64,000 nucleotides of DNA from an uncultured Gemmatimonadales bacterium (GTDB taxonomy: Bacteria > Gemmatimonadota > Gemmatimonadetes > Gemmatimonadales > Gemmatimonadaceae): positions 288,001-352,000 of the forward strand of contig CAWBZV010000003.1 of the NCBI GenBank assembly GCA_963793305.1, in the 5' to 3' direction. This document shows, piece after piece, positions 1-9,700 of the stretch; positions within the stretch are counted from its first letter, which is position 1; the number at the start of each line of letters is the position of its first letter. Below the pieces are notes generated by a model that saw only the letters and a program-made list of their open reading frames with translations, was not told the DNA's origin and made no database searches. A program made the position numbers and the translations under genes.

Positions 1-587
1 ATGGTGACGCGGAGGCGGCACCGCTCTTGTGCGCGGGGCTCATCGGCTATCGCTCACTGGTCGCGGCCGGCGATGCCCAACGGGTTGGCCTGTATGGATT
101 CGGGGCATCGGCACATCTCATTGCTCAGGTCGCGCGGCACCAGGGTCGCGAGGTCTATGCGTTCACGCGCCCTGGCGATCAGGATGGACAGAAGTTCGCG
201 ATGGAGGTCGGGGCCACCTGGGCCGGAGGCTCGGATGCCAAGCCGCCGAAGCCTCTCGACGCGGCGATCATCTTCGCGCCGGTCGGCGCACTGATCCCGA
301 CGGCGCTGCGCGCGACCGCGCGCGGGGGCACGGTGGTCTGCGCCGGCATTCACATGTCGGACGTGCCGTCGTTTCCGTACGATATCTTGTGGGAGGAACG
401 GTCCGTCCGTTCGGTCGCCAATCTCACGCGGCATGACGCCGAGGAGTTCATGCGACTGGCACCGGCCGTCCCGGTACGAACGACGATTACGACATACCCG
501 TTGGCCCACGCCAACCGCGCCTTAGCCGACCTCCGTGCCGGTCGCTTGCATGGGGCCGCCGTTCTTCTAACCCGGAATGCACGATGA
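1..587 (+). CDS. Zinc-dependent alcohol dehydrogenase (AdhP-like), 5'-truncated by window edge
   Basis: Frame open from position 3: [16 protein letters not shown], Rossmann motif [18 protein letters not shown]-terminal GRLHGAAVL. Confidence 0.88.
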   Translation, partial: GDAEAAPLLCAGLIGYRSLVAAGDAQRVGLYGFGASAHLIAQVARHQGREVYAFTRPGDQDGQKFAMEVGATWAGGSDAKPPKPLDAAIIFAPVGALIPTALRATARGGTVVCAGIHMSDVPSFPYDILWEERSVRSVANLTRHDAEEFMRLAPAVPVRTTITTYPLAHANRALADLRAGRLHGAAVLLTRNAR

Positions 588-2038
588 TCCCGAACTACGT
601 CGCCGGCAATTGGCGCACAGTCGCGACCACCGATTGTGTCGCCGTCACGAATCCCGCCACCGGTGAGCTGCTCGATCAGACGCCGCTCTCGACCCCCTCA
701 GACGTCGACGCGGCCGTCCGCGCGGCGGCCGCGGCATTTCCATCGTGGCGCCGCACGCCGCCCGGTGAGCGCATCCAGTACCTGTTCGCGCTCAAGGCGC
801 TTCTCGATCAGCATATCGATGAGCTGGCGCGGATCATCACCACCGAGAATGGGAAGACGTTGGCCGAGGCGAAGGCCGAGATTCGGCGGGGCATCGAGAA
901 TGTCGAGGTCGCGTGCGGGATTCCCACGCTCATGCAAGGCTACAATCTCGAAGACGTCACGGCTGGCGTCGACGAGATGTTGATCCGGCAACCGCTCGGC
1001 GTCGTCGCGGCGATTACGCCGTTCAATTTTCCGATCATGATTCCGTTTTGGTTCTTGCCCTACGCTATCGCGTGTGGCAATACCCTCGTCATCAAACCCT
1101 CCGAGCGCGTTCCCCTGTCGATGCGCCGCGCGATCGAATTGATCGCCCAGACGGGTCTTCCGGCTGGAGTTGTCAATCTGGTCAACGGCGGCCGGGCGAC
1201 AGTCGAGGCGCTGATCGATCATCCGGATGTCCGCGCCATCAGCTTCGTCGGCTCAACGCCAGTTGCCAAGGCCATTTATGTCCGATCGGCTCAGCGTGGC
1301 AAACGTAGCCAGTGTCAGGGAGGCGCCAAGAACCATGTCATCGTGCTTCCGGATGCCGACATGGACCTGGCGACGCAGATCATCGCGGATAGTGCGTTTG
1401 GTTGCGCCGGACAACGATGTCTCGCGGTCTCCGTCGCCATTACCGTGGGAGATGCGCAGCGCACGTTCCGTGATCGCATCACCGATGCCGCGTCGCGCAT
1501 TCGCGTCGGCAACGGACTGGATGATGGCATCCAGATGGGCCCCGTGATTTCACCGGAGAGCCGGGAGCGTATTGCATCGCTCGTCGCGACCGGCGTCGGC
1601 GATGGTGCCCGCGTGTTGCTCGATGGGCGAAGCGCCGCACATGAGCGCGGATCTTTTATCAAGCCCACCGTGCTCGATGCCTTGCCGCCGACCAGCCGAG
1701 TCGCGGAGACGGAGATCTTCGGCCCGGTGCTCAGTCTCATGCATGCCGATTCGATCGACGACGCCATGGCGTTCTTGCGCACGAGCGCCTACGGCAACCA
1801 GGCGAGCCTGTTTACGACCAGTGGCGCGGCAGCGCGGAGATTTCGCTACGAGGCCCCCGCGGGAAATATCGGCATCAACATCGGTGTAGCCGCGCCGATG
1901 GCCTATTTCCCATTCAGCGGCTGGAAGGACAGCTTCTTCGGCATTCTCCACGGCCAGGGCCGTGATGCCGTGGAGTTCTACACGGAATCGAAGGTCGTCA
2001 TCGAGCGCTGGTCACGGCAAGAGACCAGACGATTCTAA
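584..2038 (+). CDS. mmsA: CoA-acylating methylmalonate-semialdehyde dehydrogenase
   Basis: ALDH motifs ITPFNFP, KPSE, FVGST, GGAKNH, catalytic GCAGQRC, EIFGPV, FPFSGWK. Confidence 0.9.
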   Translation: MIPNYVAGNWRTVATTDCVAVTNPATGELLDQTPLSTPSDVDAAVRAAAAAFPSWRRTPPGERIQYLFALKALLDQHIDELARIITTENGKTLAEAKAEIRRGIENVEVACGIPTLMQGYNLEDVTAGVDEMLIRQPLGVVAAITPFNFPIMIPFWFLPYAIACGNTLVIKPSERVPLSMRRAIELIAQTGLPAGVVNLVNGGRATVEALIDHPDVRAISFVGSTPVAKAIYVRSAQRGKRSQCQGGAKNHVIVLPDADMDLATQIIADSAFGCAGQRCLAVSVAITVGDAQRTFRDRITDAASRIRVGNGLDDGIQMGPVISPESRERIASLVATGVGDGARVLLDGRSAAHERGSFIKPTVLDALPPTSRVAETEIFGPVLSLMHADSIDDAMAFLRTSAYGNQASLFTTSGAAARRFRYEAPAGNIGINIGVAAPMAYFPFSGWKDSFFGILHGQGRDAVEFYTESKVVIERWSRQETRRF

Positions 2039-2617
2039 GACGGCGTCGATGGCCTTGACGACGAGCGCTTCGACCTCCGGCACCTCGCGATCGCGCGTCG
2101 ACAGGAGCTCGAACATCTCGTAGCTCGTGAGCGCGAACAAGATGTCGACGAGATCGTTGGCGCGCTCGTGGTCCACGTTCGGCCCCAGGCGCCCGACGAT
2201 CACCGTGAGACCACCACGCCGGCGCTCGATGCGCGCTTGCAGTTGTTTCGCGATGTCGGCGTCGACGATCGCGGCCGAGAGACGCGGGAGCGCTCTCCGG
2301 TGGTTCGCCCAAAACGTGACGAGCACGTGCGCTAGCTCGTGGAGCGCCCGTCGCGGGTCGCGCTCGGCGAACACCTTTGGCAGTGCGGCCAGACCACCAG
2401 AAGTCGCGAACTCGTCGAAGACTGCCTCGAGCAAGTGCGCCTTGGACGCGAACTGATGATAGATCGTGATGCGCGTGACGCGCGCGCGTTTCGCGACCGC
2501 CTCCATCGAGAAAGGCTTGGCCGAAGCGAACAGCTCCCTGGCGGCGCGCAAGATGCGACTCCGCGTCTCATCGGCGGCCGCGCGACGGCTGGGACTGCGA
2601 TACGGACGAGGCGTCAC
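2012..2617 (-). CDS. TetR/AcrR family transcriptional regulator
   Basis: N-terminal HTH ([36 protein letters not shown]); GTG at 2617 is the likely start. Confidence 0.88.
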   Translation of the reverse strand: MTPRPYRSPSRRAAADETRSRILRAARELFASAKPFSMEAVAKRARVTRITIYHQFASKAHLLEAVFDEFATSGGLAALPKVFAERDPRRALHELAHVLVTFWANHRRALPRLSAAIVDADIAKQLQARIERRRGGLTVIVGRLGPNVDHERANDLVDILFALTSYEMFELLSTRDREVPEVEALVVKAIDAVLESSGLLP

Positions 2618-2623
2618 CGGCGC

Positions 2624-2659
2624 TTGACGGGCGAAAGTAAATCGACTATACACTCTGTA
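2624..2659 (+). promoter_or_regulatory. Sigma70-like promoter with overlapping TACA-N3-TGTA palindrome (possible TetR operator)
   Basis: TTGACG 2624-2629, 17 nt spacer, TATACA 2647-2652; TACActcTGTA 2649-2659 between the divergent genes. Confidence 0.4.
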
Positions 2660-2684
2660 AGACTAATTACGAGAGAGCTCACGC

Positions 2685-3143
2685 ATGACGTTAATCGCAA
2701 TTGTCCGCGCGATCCATATTCTGTCCGGCGTCATCTGGGCGGGATTCGCCGTCGTCCTGGCGACACTCGTCATGCCCAACCTCGCCCCCGAAGGGCGCGG
2801 CGCCTTCGGACAGTACATGGCGAAGTCGGGCTCGCGCATCGCCGGCGGCGCGGCGGCGCTGACGTTCTTCTCCGGCCTCTACCTCATGTGGCGCCTGCAC
2901 TGGGGCGATCATTCGGCCCAGGCCACGACGCTCGGCATCGGCGCGCTGCTCGCGATCGCTGCGGGTATCGCGGGCGGCGCGATCAGCGGTCGCGCGGCCA
3001 CTCAGCTCGGCAAGCTGACCCCGGGCCCCGATACCGCGGCCCAAGCCGCCGCGCTACGCAATCGCCTCATGCTCGGCGGTCGCATCACCGCGACGCTGCT
3101 GGTCCTGTCGATTATCTGCATGGCGGTCGCGCGATACGTGTAG
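2685..3143 (+). CDS. Four-TM hypothetical membrane protein, probable TetR target
   Basis: Four hydrophobic segments, HxxxG in TM1, divergent from tetR. Confidence 0.75.
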   Translation: MTLIAIVRAIHILSGVIWAGFAVVLATLVMPNLAPEGRGAFGQYMAKSGSRIAGGAAALTFFSGLYLMWRLHWGDHSAQATTLGIGALLAIAAGIAGGAISGRAATQLGKLTPGPDTAAQAAALRNRLMLGGRITATLLVLSIICMAVARYV

Positions 3144-3198
3144 CAGATCGTGTGAGGGCTTGACGAGCAGTAGGGTCGTATATAGCTTGGTCGCCTGG

Positions 3199-3246
3199 GA
3201 GTCGCGTCCCGATATCGAGGTTGTTCGGTGACGCGACTCTTTTTTT
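3199..3246 (+). terminator. Hairpin plus U7: intrinsic terminator and/or a short RNA
   Basis: GAGTCGCGTC 3199-3208 pairs with GACGCGACTC 3230-3239, followed by T7. Confidence 0.75.
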
Positions 3247-3404
3247 GTCTAACCCTGCGAGAACAATGCATCCAGAATTTCCGCGATCACAGAGTGAATA
3301 CGCCATTACGCGACCGGTCATGGACCGACTCGCGCTGGGTGACGTGTGTGCAGGGGGTATATCGGGGACGCGAAGCGACTAGAGCGCTTTAGAGTCCACC
3401 CGAG

Positions 3405-3451
3405 AATCGCCCCACCTGCACACGATCGGCAGGTGGGGCGATTTCGTTTTT
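3405..3451 (+). terminator. 15-bp hairpin with U-rich tail
   Basis: AATCGCCCCACCTGC 3405-3419 / GCAGGTGGGGCGATT 3429-3443, then TCGTTTTT. Confidence 0.7.
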
Positions 3452-3487
3452 ATCCACGCTGTTTGACAACCGATCGTGCTGGAAAAC

Positions 3488-3565
3488 CGGGTGGCCGTCG
3501 TTGGCACTCCGCTCGCTGGCGAACGCGACTCCCTGTGTGTTGGAGTCGCTGGCGGCGGTCACTCG
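3488..3565 (+). ncRNA. Structured RNA element of unknown class
   Basis: 15-bp closing stem 3488-3502/3551-3565 with five G-U pairs (favours + strand); internal hairpin GCGACTCC/GGAGTCGC. Confidence 0.5.
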
Positions 3566-3577
3566 CTTGCTTACACC

Positions 3578-3703
3578 GAAGGCTGTAGCTCAATAGGTAG
3601 AGCATCAGGGGCACCTCCTCACCACCATACCTCGCCCGTCCGCGGGCCGACGGCTGAGGGTTATCCGTTCTGACAGTTGCAGGTTCGAGTCCTGCCAGCC
3701 TTC
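3578..3703 (+). ncRNA. tRNA-like RNA with ~58-nt structured insert replacing the anticodon loop; candidate Y RNA (YrlA-like)
   Basis: Acceptor AAGGCTG/CAGCCTT, D arm GCTC-AATAGGTA-GAGC, TCAGG/TCTGA stem, T arm GCAGG-TTCGAGT-CCTGC, no CCA; upstream of Ro60. Confidence 0.8.
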
Positions 3704-3709
3704 CTGTGG

Positions 3710-3816
3710 TTCGGTGCCGAGTTTTCCCTCGGCACATTTCGCCCGCTCACGGGCCGACGTTGAGGGTTACCGACTTGGAACCGCCGCGGTTCGACCCCGC
3801 GGAGCTCGGCATCGAA
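3710..3816 (+). ncRNA. Second Y-like RNA: long closing stem, T arm, same bulged helix, no clear D arm
   Basis: TTCGGTGCCGAGTTT/GAGCTCGGCATCGAA stem; T arm CGCGG-TTCGACC-CCGCG; shares TCGCCCG-N4-CGGGCCGACG..TGAGGGTTA with the previous RNA. Confidence 0.65.
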
Positions 3817-3861
3817 TCACTGTTCATCGCATCACTTCACACTCACCCAGGAGGGCGAGCC

Positions 3862-5469
3862 ATGTTGGATTTCACCAAGCACTTCGCGACTCGCCTGAAG
3901 CGCCAGGCGACTCCGCAGTCCGAGCCGATCCCGGGCTCGACGCAGATCCCGAACTCGGCGGGCGGCTGGACGTGGGCCGTCGATCCCTGGAAGCGCTTCG
4001 ACCGCTTCCTGATCTTCGGCACCGAGCGCGGCACGTATTACATCCGCGAGCGGCAGCTGACCCGCGAGAACGCGGCGAACGCTCTCGCGTGTATCGCCGC
4101 CGACGGTCCGCGCGCGGTCCGGCGCATCGTCGAGATCTCGATCGCCGGCCGCGCGCCGTCGAACGACCCGGCATTGTTCGCGCTGGCCCTCGCGGCGAGC
4201 GCCGAGGATGCACTGACTCGCGCGGCGGCATTCGCGGCGCTCCCCGAGGTGGCGCGTACGGGAACGCACTTGTTCCACTGGGTGCAGTACCTCAAGGGAT
4301 TCCGCGGCTGGGGACGCGGCCCCCGCACGGCGGTCGCGCGCTGGTACACGGCGCGGCCCGCCGCAACGCTCGCCTATCAGCTGCTCAAGTACCGCTCGCG
4401 CGACGGCTGGTCGCACCGCGATACACTGCGGCTCGCCCACCCGGCGCCTCCGACGGCAACGCACGACTACCTCTTCCGCTACGCCACGCGGGAGACGCTC
4501 GCAGTCGGCGCCCCGTCGCGCGTCGCACCAGACCCCGATGTCGTCACGTTCGTCGAAGCGGTCGCATTGCTCGCGCGCCTCAAGCCCGATGCGGCCGCCC
4601 AGGTGATCGCCACGCATTGGCTGACGCGCGAGATGGTGCCGACGGAGCTCCTGGCTCACGCCGGCACATGGGCAGCACTGCTGCCGGCGATGCCGCTCAC
4701 GGCCATGATCCGGAACCTCGGCGTCATGAGCGCGAACGGCCTGTTGACGCCTTACAGCGCCACCACGCGGATGATCGTCGGTCGTCTCACCGATCGCGAT
4801 GCCCTGACCTCGGCGCGGATCCACCCGATCGCCGTGCTCGCCGCGCTCAAGACATACGCGCAGGGGCACGGAATGAAAGGCAAGCTGCGCTGGGACCCGG
4901 TCGGCGCGATCGTCGATGCGCTCGACGCAGCATTCTATCTCACGTTCGCCAACGCGCCGAGCACGGGACGGCGCGTGATGCTGGCGCTGGACGTCTCCGG
5001 TTCCATGTCCGCGCCGGTCTTCGGCATGGACTTTCTGTCCTGCCGTGAGGCCACGGCTGCCATGGCATTGGTCACGGCGGCGACCGAGCCCAATCATTGG
5101 TTCGTCGCATTCACCAAGACACTCACCTCGCTGGCGATCTCGCCGCGCCAGCGGTTGGACGACGTTGTCAAGTCTATCTCGAACCTTCCGTTCGGCGGGA
5201 CGGACTGCGCGTTGCCGATGGTCGAGGCAACGAACAACCGGTGGCCGGTCGATCTGTTCGTTGTCCTCACCGACAACGAGACGTGGGCCGGCTCAATTCA
5301 TCCGGCCGAGGCGCTGCGGCACTACCGGCAGCGTATGGGCATTGCCGCGAAGCTCGTTGTCGTGGCGATGACCGCGAACGACTTCACGATTGCGGACCCG
5401 GACGACGCGGGCATGCTCGACGTCGTTGGGTTCGATCCGAACACACCGCAAGTCATCGCGGAGTTCTAA
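3862..5469 (+). CDS. rsr: Ro60/TROVE-domain RNA-binding protein
   Basis: NSAGG, RGWGR, KYRSRDGWSHRD, vWA MIDAS LALDVSGSM, GGTDC, TDNETW, MLDVVGFD; GGAGG RBS before ATG 3862. Confidence 0.95.
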   Translation: MLDFTKHFATRLKRQATPQSEPIPGSTQIPNSAGGWTWAVDPWKRFDRFLIFGTERGTYYIRERQLTRENAANALACIAADGPRAVRRIVEISIAGRAPSNDPALFALALAASAEDALTRAAAFAALPEVARTGTHLFHWVQYLKGFRGWGRGPRTAVARWYTARPAATLAYQLLKYRSRDGWSHRDTLRLAHPAPPTATHDYLFRYATRETLAVGAPSRVAPDPDVVTFVEAVALLARLKPDAAAQVIATHWLTREMVPTELLAHAGTWAALLPAMPLTAMIRNLGVMSANGLLTPYSATTRMIVGRLTDRDALTSARIHPIAVLAALKTYAQGHGMKGKLRWDPVGAIVDALDAAFYLTFANAPSTGRRVMLALDVSGSMSAPVFGMDFLSCREATAAMALVTAATEPNHWFVAFTKTLTSLAISPRQRLDDVVKSISNLPFGGTDCALPMVEATNNRWPVDLFVVLTDNETWAGSIHPAEALRHYRQRMGIAAKLVVVAMTANDFTIADPDDAGMLDVVGFDPNTPQVIAEF

Positions 5470-5471
5470 AA

Positions 5472-5509
5472 AGAAAGAACCCCGGGGATTTCTCCTCGGG
5501 GTCCTTTCT
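5472..5509 (+). terminator. Hairpin after rsr stop (terminator or processing site)
   Basis: AGAAAGAACCCCGGGGA-TTTC-TCCTCGGGGTCCTTTCT inverted repeat. Confidence 0.65.
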
Positions 5510-5586
5510 GCCTACGCTTCGCTCACACTCAACGCTGAGAGATATAACTAGCCCAGCGAAACTCGTATCATTGTTATCAAACACCA

Positions 5587-6744
5587 ATGAGCACTGACAT
5601 GCAGATCTTCGGAACCCACGACCCCCAGACGCTGGCTCAGCTAACCGATGTCGCCTCACGCGCCGTACGCGTGGCGCTAATGGCCGACGGTCATGTGGGC
5701 TTTACGATGCCGATCGGCGGAGTGGCGGCGTATCGCGAGCAGGTGTCCGTCGTCGGCGTCGGCTTCGACATTGCCTGCGGCAACGCCGCGATTCGCACGA
5801 ATCTCACGGCAGAACGCCTCGGCAAACTGGAGCCGTTGGCCGACGAGATCGCGGACACGATCAGTTTTGGGATCGGCCGTAGTAATCGCGCCAATGACGC
5901 GCCGACCGATAATGCGCTGTTCGATGAGGACAGTTGGGAGGCCGTGCCGCCGAAGGAGCGCAAAGCGCTACAAGACAAGGCGCGAGCGCAACTCGGCACT
6001 GTCGGCAGCGGCAACCACTACGTCGACGTCTTCGCCGACGAGACCGACACGGTATGGGTCGGCGTGCACTTCGGCAGCCGCGGCTTCGGCCACACGATCG
6101 CCAGTGGTTTCCTTGCGCTGTCGCAAGGCAGGAGCTGGCGTGAGCGTGCGCCGGAGCGCGAGGTGCTACTCGACCTCGCTGCTCCGCTCGGCCACGACTA
6201 CTGGACGTTGATGAACCTCGCCGGCCGCTACGCCTACGCCGGCCGCGAGTGGGTCGCGCGCAAAGTGGTGCGCATTCTCGGTGGCCGCGAGAAGGAGCTC
6301 GTGCACAATCATCACAACTTCGCCTGGCGCGAAACCCACGACGGCGAAGCGCTGATCGTCGTGCGCAAAGGCGCAACACCGGCATTTCCCGGACAGATGG
6401 GATTTATCGGCGGCTCGATGGGCGACGACGCCGTGATCGTGCGCGGCACCGCCGCTGACTCGGCGCTGCAGCACGCCGCCCTGTACTCGACCGTGCACGG
6501 CGCTGGTCGCGTCATGTCACGAAGCGCCGCCAAGACGCAGGTCACCGGCAACATGATGAGAGGGTGGGTGGCCGAGAAGGGCGTGGTGCTGCGCGGCGGC
6601 GGGCTGGATGAGAGCCCGCACGTCTATCGCCGACTGCCAGATGTGCTCACCGCCCAGAGCGACACGATCGAAATCGTGCACACGCTGCGTCCACTGATTG
6701 TCGTAATGGCAGGCGCGAACGAGTTTGACCCGTACAAAGACTAG
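5587..6744 (+). CDS. rtcB: RtcB RNA 3'-phosphate/5'-OH ligase
   Basis: ADGHVG, VGFDIACG, GTVGSGNHY, HFGSRG, HNHHN, RKGAT, GSMG, HGAGRVMSR, DESP. Confidence 0.95.
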   Translation: MSTDMQIFGTHDPQTLAQLTDVASRAVRVALMADGHVGFTMPIGGVAAYREQVSVVGVGFDIACGNAAIRTNLTAERLGKLEPLADEIADTISFGIGRSNRANDAPTDNALFDEDSWEAVPPKERKALQDKARAQLGTVGSGNHYVDVFADETDTVWVGVHFGSRGFGHTIASGFLALSQGRSWRERAPEREVLLDLAAPLGHDYWTLMNLAGRYAYAGREWVARKVVRILGGREKELVHNHHNFAWRETHDGEALIVVRKGATPAFPGQMGFIGGSMGDDAVIVRGTAADSALQHAALYSTVHGAGRVMSRSAAKTQVTGNMMRGWVAEKGVVLRGGGLDESPHVYRRLPDVLTAQSDTIEIVHTLRPLIVVMAGANEFDPYKD

Positions 6745-6758
6745 TTCGTCTGTTTGGC

Positions 6759-9700
6759 ATGCCGCCGTCGCGTACTGGAGTGCGTTGGCCGTTCGCGGCC
6801 GCACTCATCACGGTCGCGGCGGTGGCCGCGTACCTCGCGTGGTTCCGCACTAGCCCGATCAGCGCTCGGTTCCACCACGAACCCCGCCGGCAACTCGCGG
6901 CGCTCCACCCTGACTCGGCCGAGATGGACGTTGACACCGTCGGCGGCGTCGCGGTCGCGTATCCAGCCACGCACCCCCGATCGGTCCTCGACGTCCCGGT
7001 CGACTCAATGGCGGCCGCGGTGAACGATGGATTTCGGCTCAAACCCGATATCCGGTTCGTCGCGGCCGTCGCGCACATTCACCAGATCCTGACCGACAGC
7101 TCACTCTCGACCGTCACGCTCACGCCAAGCGCGACAGGCTGGGATATTCACTATCGTGGCATGCTCGCGGGCACGCTGCCGGACTTGCCGAGCTTCCACG
7201 ATGGCGAACGCATGCTCACCGCCTGGGCCGCGCGGGTCCGGGCGACCGCGCCCGCTCGAGCCCCAGCTGCGCCGGTCGACACGACGGGCCTGAGCGCCGA
7301 CATTGATGAGTTCGATGCGGTGCACATTGCCCGCACGCTGCAGGCCGTCAACACGCTCTGGACCCAAACGCACGACCCGCGACTCCTGCCGATCGCCGAG
7401 CGCGGCCTCGCGATGTTGACGCTGCAGACGATCGATCTCACCGAGGTCGCCGACGCCGTGCCCACGCAGGCACTCGCGGTCAATGCGCTCGTGCATGGCG
7501 CCGCCGATCGCGTGCTCCTCGCGCGCGAGACGGGTTACTACGGCGAGGCGGTCGCGATGGCCGACAGCCTCGACGCGCACGACGCGGTGCGCCTCTTCCT
7601 CGAGCCCAACTGCGATGGCATCGCCCGAGTCGCCACGCGCAACGGCGCGCCGGCCTTCCCACGTTTCTTGTATCTCGAGTGTCTCGCGTGGGATGGTCAG
7701 CACGCGAACGACCACCGGCGATTCGGCCGGTACGTTCGCGCCCATTATGACTTTCGTGAGAAACAACTCCCGATCTTCAGCGTCACGTTGGGCGCGGGAG
7801 ACTTTAGCTGGGATGCGCGCGTTCCCGCAATCATCCCGTGGATCGCCGCGATCGACCTGTCGCGGATGACGCACCGCCGATTCAACATGGATACCACGTT
7901 CGTCCACTGGGTCTCTCGCGTCGCGCAACAAGTCCAACACAAGGAAGCCCGTCACGGCAGGGTGATGCCGATTCCAGCCGCCGAGGCCCTCCAAGAGATC
8001 GTGCGCGCGGAGTCGGTGTTGGATACCCTGTTCCCGGGACCCCTCGCGGACGCATCGACGATTCGGGACTACTTCCGCGCGCATCTGGACGGCGCGGTCA
8101 AAACGGCGTGCGATCACGAGCTCGACGAGTACAACCAACTGGCGGGCGCAGCCGATGTCGCGGCCGAATACGCCGACGCCCCGCGCGATGCCGGCGGCGA
8201 AGTCGCGCGGTGGTGCTTGCACGCCGTGGCCGCCGAGCGCGACCCGACGCAGCCGAACGATTTCCTCGCCGACGCCCGCGACCCCGCGCTGGGCAGAACC
8301 TTGCGTCTCGATGCGCTCGAGCGCGTCGAGAGGGCGGGCGCCGCTCACGAAGATGAGGTGCGGTTCGGCGCAGCATACCTCGTGTCACAACTCGACAGCC
8401 GACCCAGTACGCTCTGGGAGATCGCCTATCGCCTGGAGTGGACTCCCCGGGCGCTCGATGTCGCTGAGCAGTTGTACCGCCGGTATTCGACACTCGTGCC
8501 CACGCCGGGCCGAACGTTCAACGGCGCGTTTGCCGATGCCGACGGTGACGGCGCGGCGTTGGTTGGCATCGCCACGGACGCGCACCAGGAGGTGAGTGAG
8601 CGTCTCTGGGCGCTGAACGCCGCGGTCCACGACAGCCTCATCTCCGGCACTGCCGCGCGCGCAATCTACGCGCGGCTGGTCGGGCTCGCGCCGGATCTGT
8701 GGGACGTACGCGAACCATACGTCGAGCTGCTGGAACATTTGCACGACTACGCGGCCGCGACCGCCGTCGTCCGCGACTGGATCGCGGTGGCACACCGCGA
8801 CACGCTGAGCGACGAGTTCGATTGGTCCGCCGCGCACGTGGCGCTGGCTCGCATTCTCGAAGCCCAAGGCCGCAGCGAGGCGGCGTGGAAGACCATCGAG
8901 CCGTTCATCGGCCCCGCCATTGGAGGCGCGGTGGGTAACGCGGCGCTGATCGCCGAGCATTGCGGCTGCGAGCAGTGTCAGATCGATGCGGACTCGCTGA
9001 CGGCGTGGGAGACGCGAACGTATCCCAACTACCCCGAAGAGCACGCGACACGACTGTACGTCCTCTGGCATCAGGGGCGATACGCTGAGGCCGCGGATCA
9101 CCTCGCGGCGCTGGGAAGTGGGTGGACGAACCATGAATGGAGCGAGAAAATCGGACGGATGTTCGTCCGTGCGTTCAGCGAGCGCGGCGTCGCGGCCGAG
9201 GTCGAGGCGGTCGGTGCGATGACAAAGGCCGGCATCCCCCTATGGGATATCGGCGCTCTCGCGCGCGTGGCCGACGAAATGGACCGGCCGGATCTGGCGT
9301 TCATGCTCCAGTCGCGGTTGCATCGCGACAACGAAGGCGTGGACCACTCGGTCGGACCCCGATTGATGGCGTACAAGTATCTGATGCACTGGAAGGGCGC
9401 CGATACGGCACGCGAGTGGCTCAAGGCCGTGGTGCCGCGACCGATGGACGATGCCCTCGCGGACGATTTCTTTACGTTCGACTCGACGGACGTCCTCATC
9501 TGGACGTGGCCGGAACCGGACTCGGTCAGTGTCGCGGTATGGCTCGCCCGGGCAGCTGCCTCAGTGCAGCGACACGATCCCGACCCGCACCACGCTCAGC
9601 TCGTGGCGTATTTCTCGGATCCATCGCACGCGCTGTTCGCGCCCGAAGGGGACAGCGCCTATTACACGATGGGGCGCTATCTCCTTGGCCTCACCGACGA

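Noticed and set aside
3578..3703. Functional tRNA with an intron spliced by RtcB
   Set aside because: No U33 or recoverable 7-nt anticodon loop, no clear bulge-helix-bulge and no CCA; the insert recurs in the next RNA, which fits a Y-like RNA better
3632..3769. Mini CRISPR array
   Set aside because: Only two imperfect repeats, the spacer holds a tRNA T arm, and there are no cas genes
3706..3861. N-terminal extension of the Ro60 ORF and short ORFs at 3346-3737
   Set aside because: They overlap structured RNA; a GGAGG RBS and family similarity start at ATG 3862
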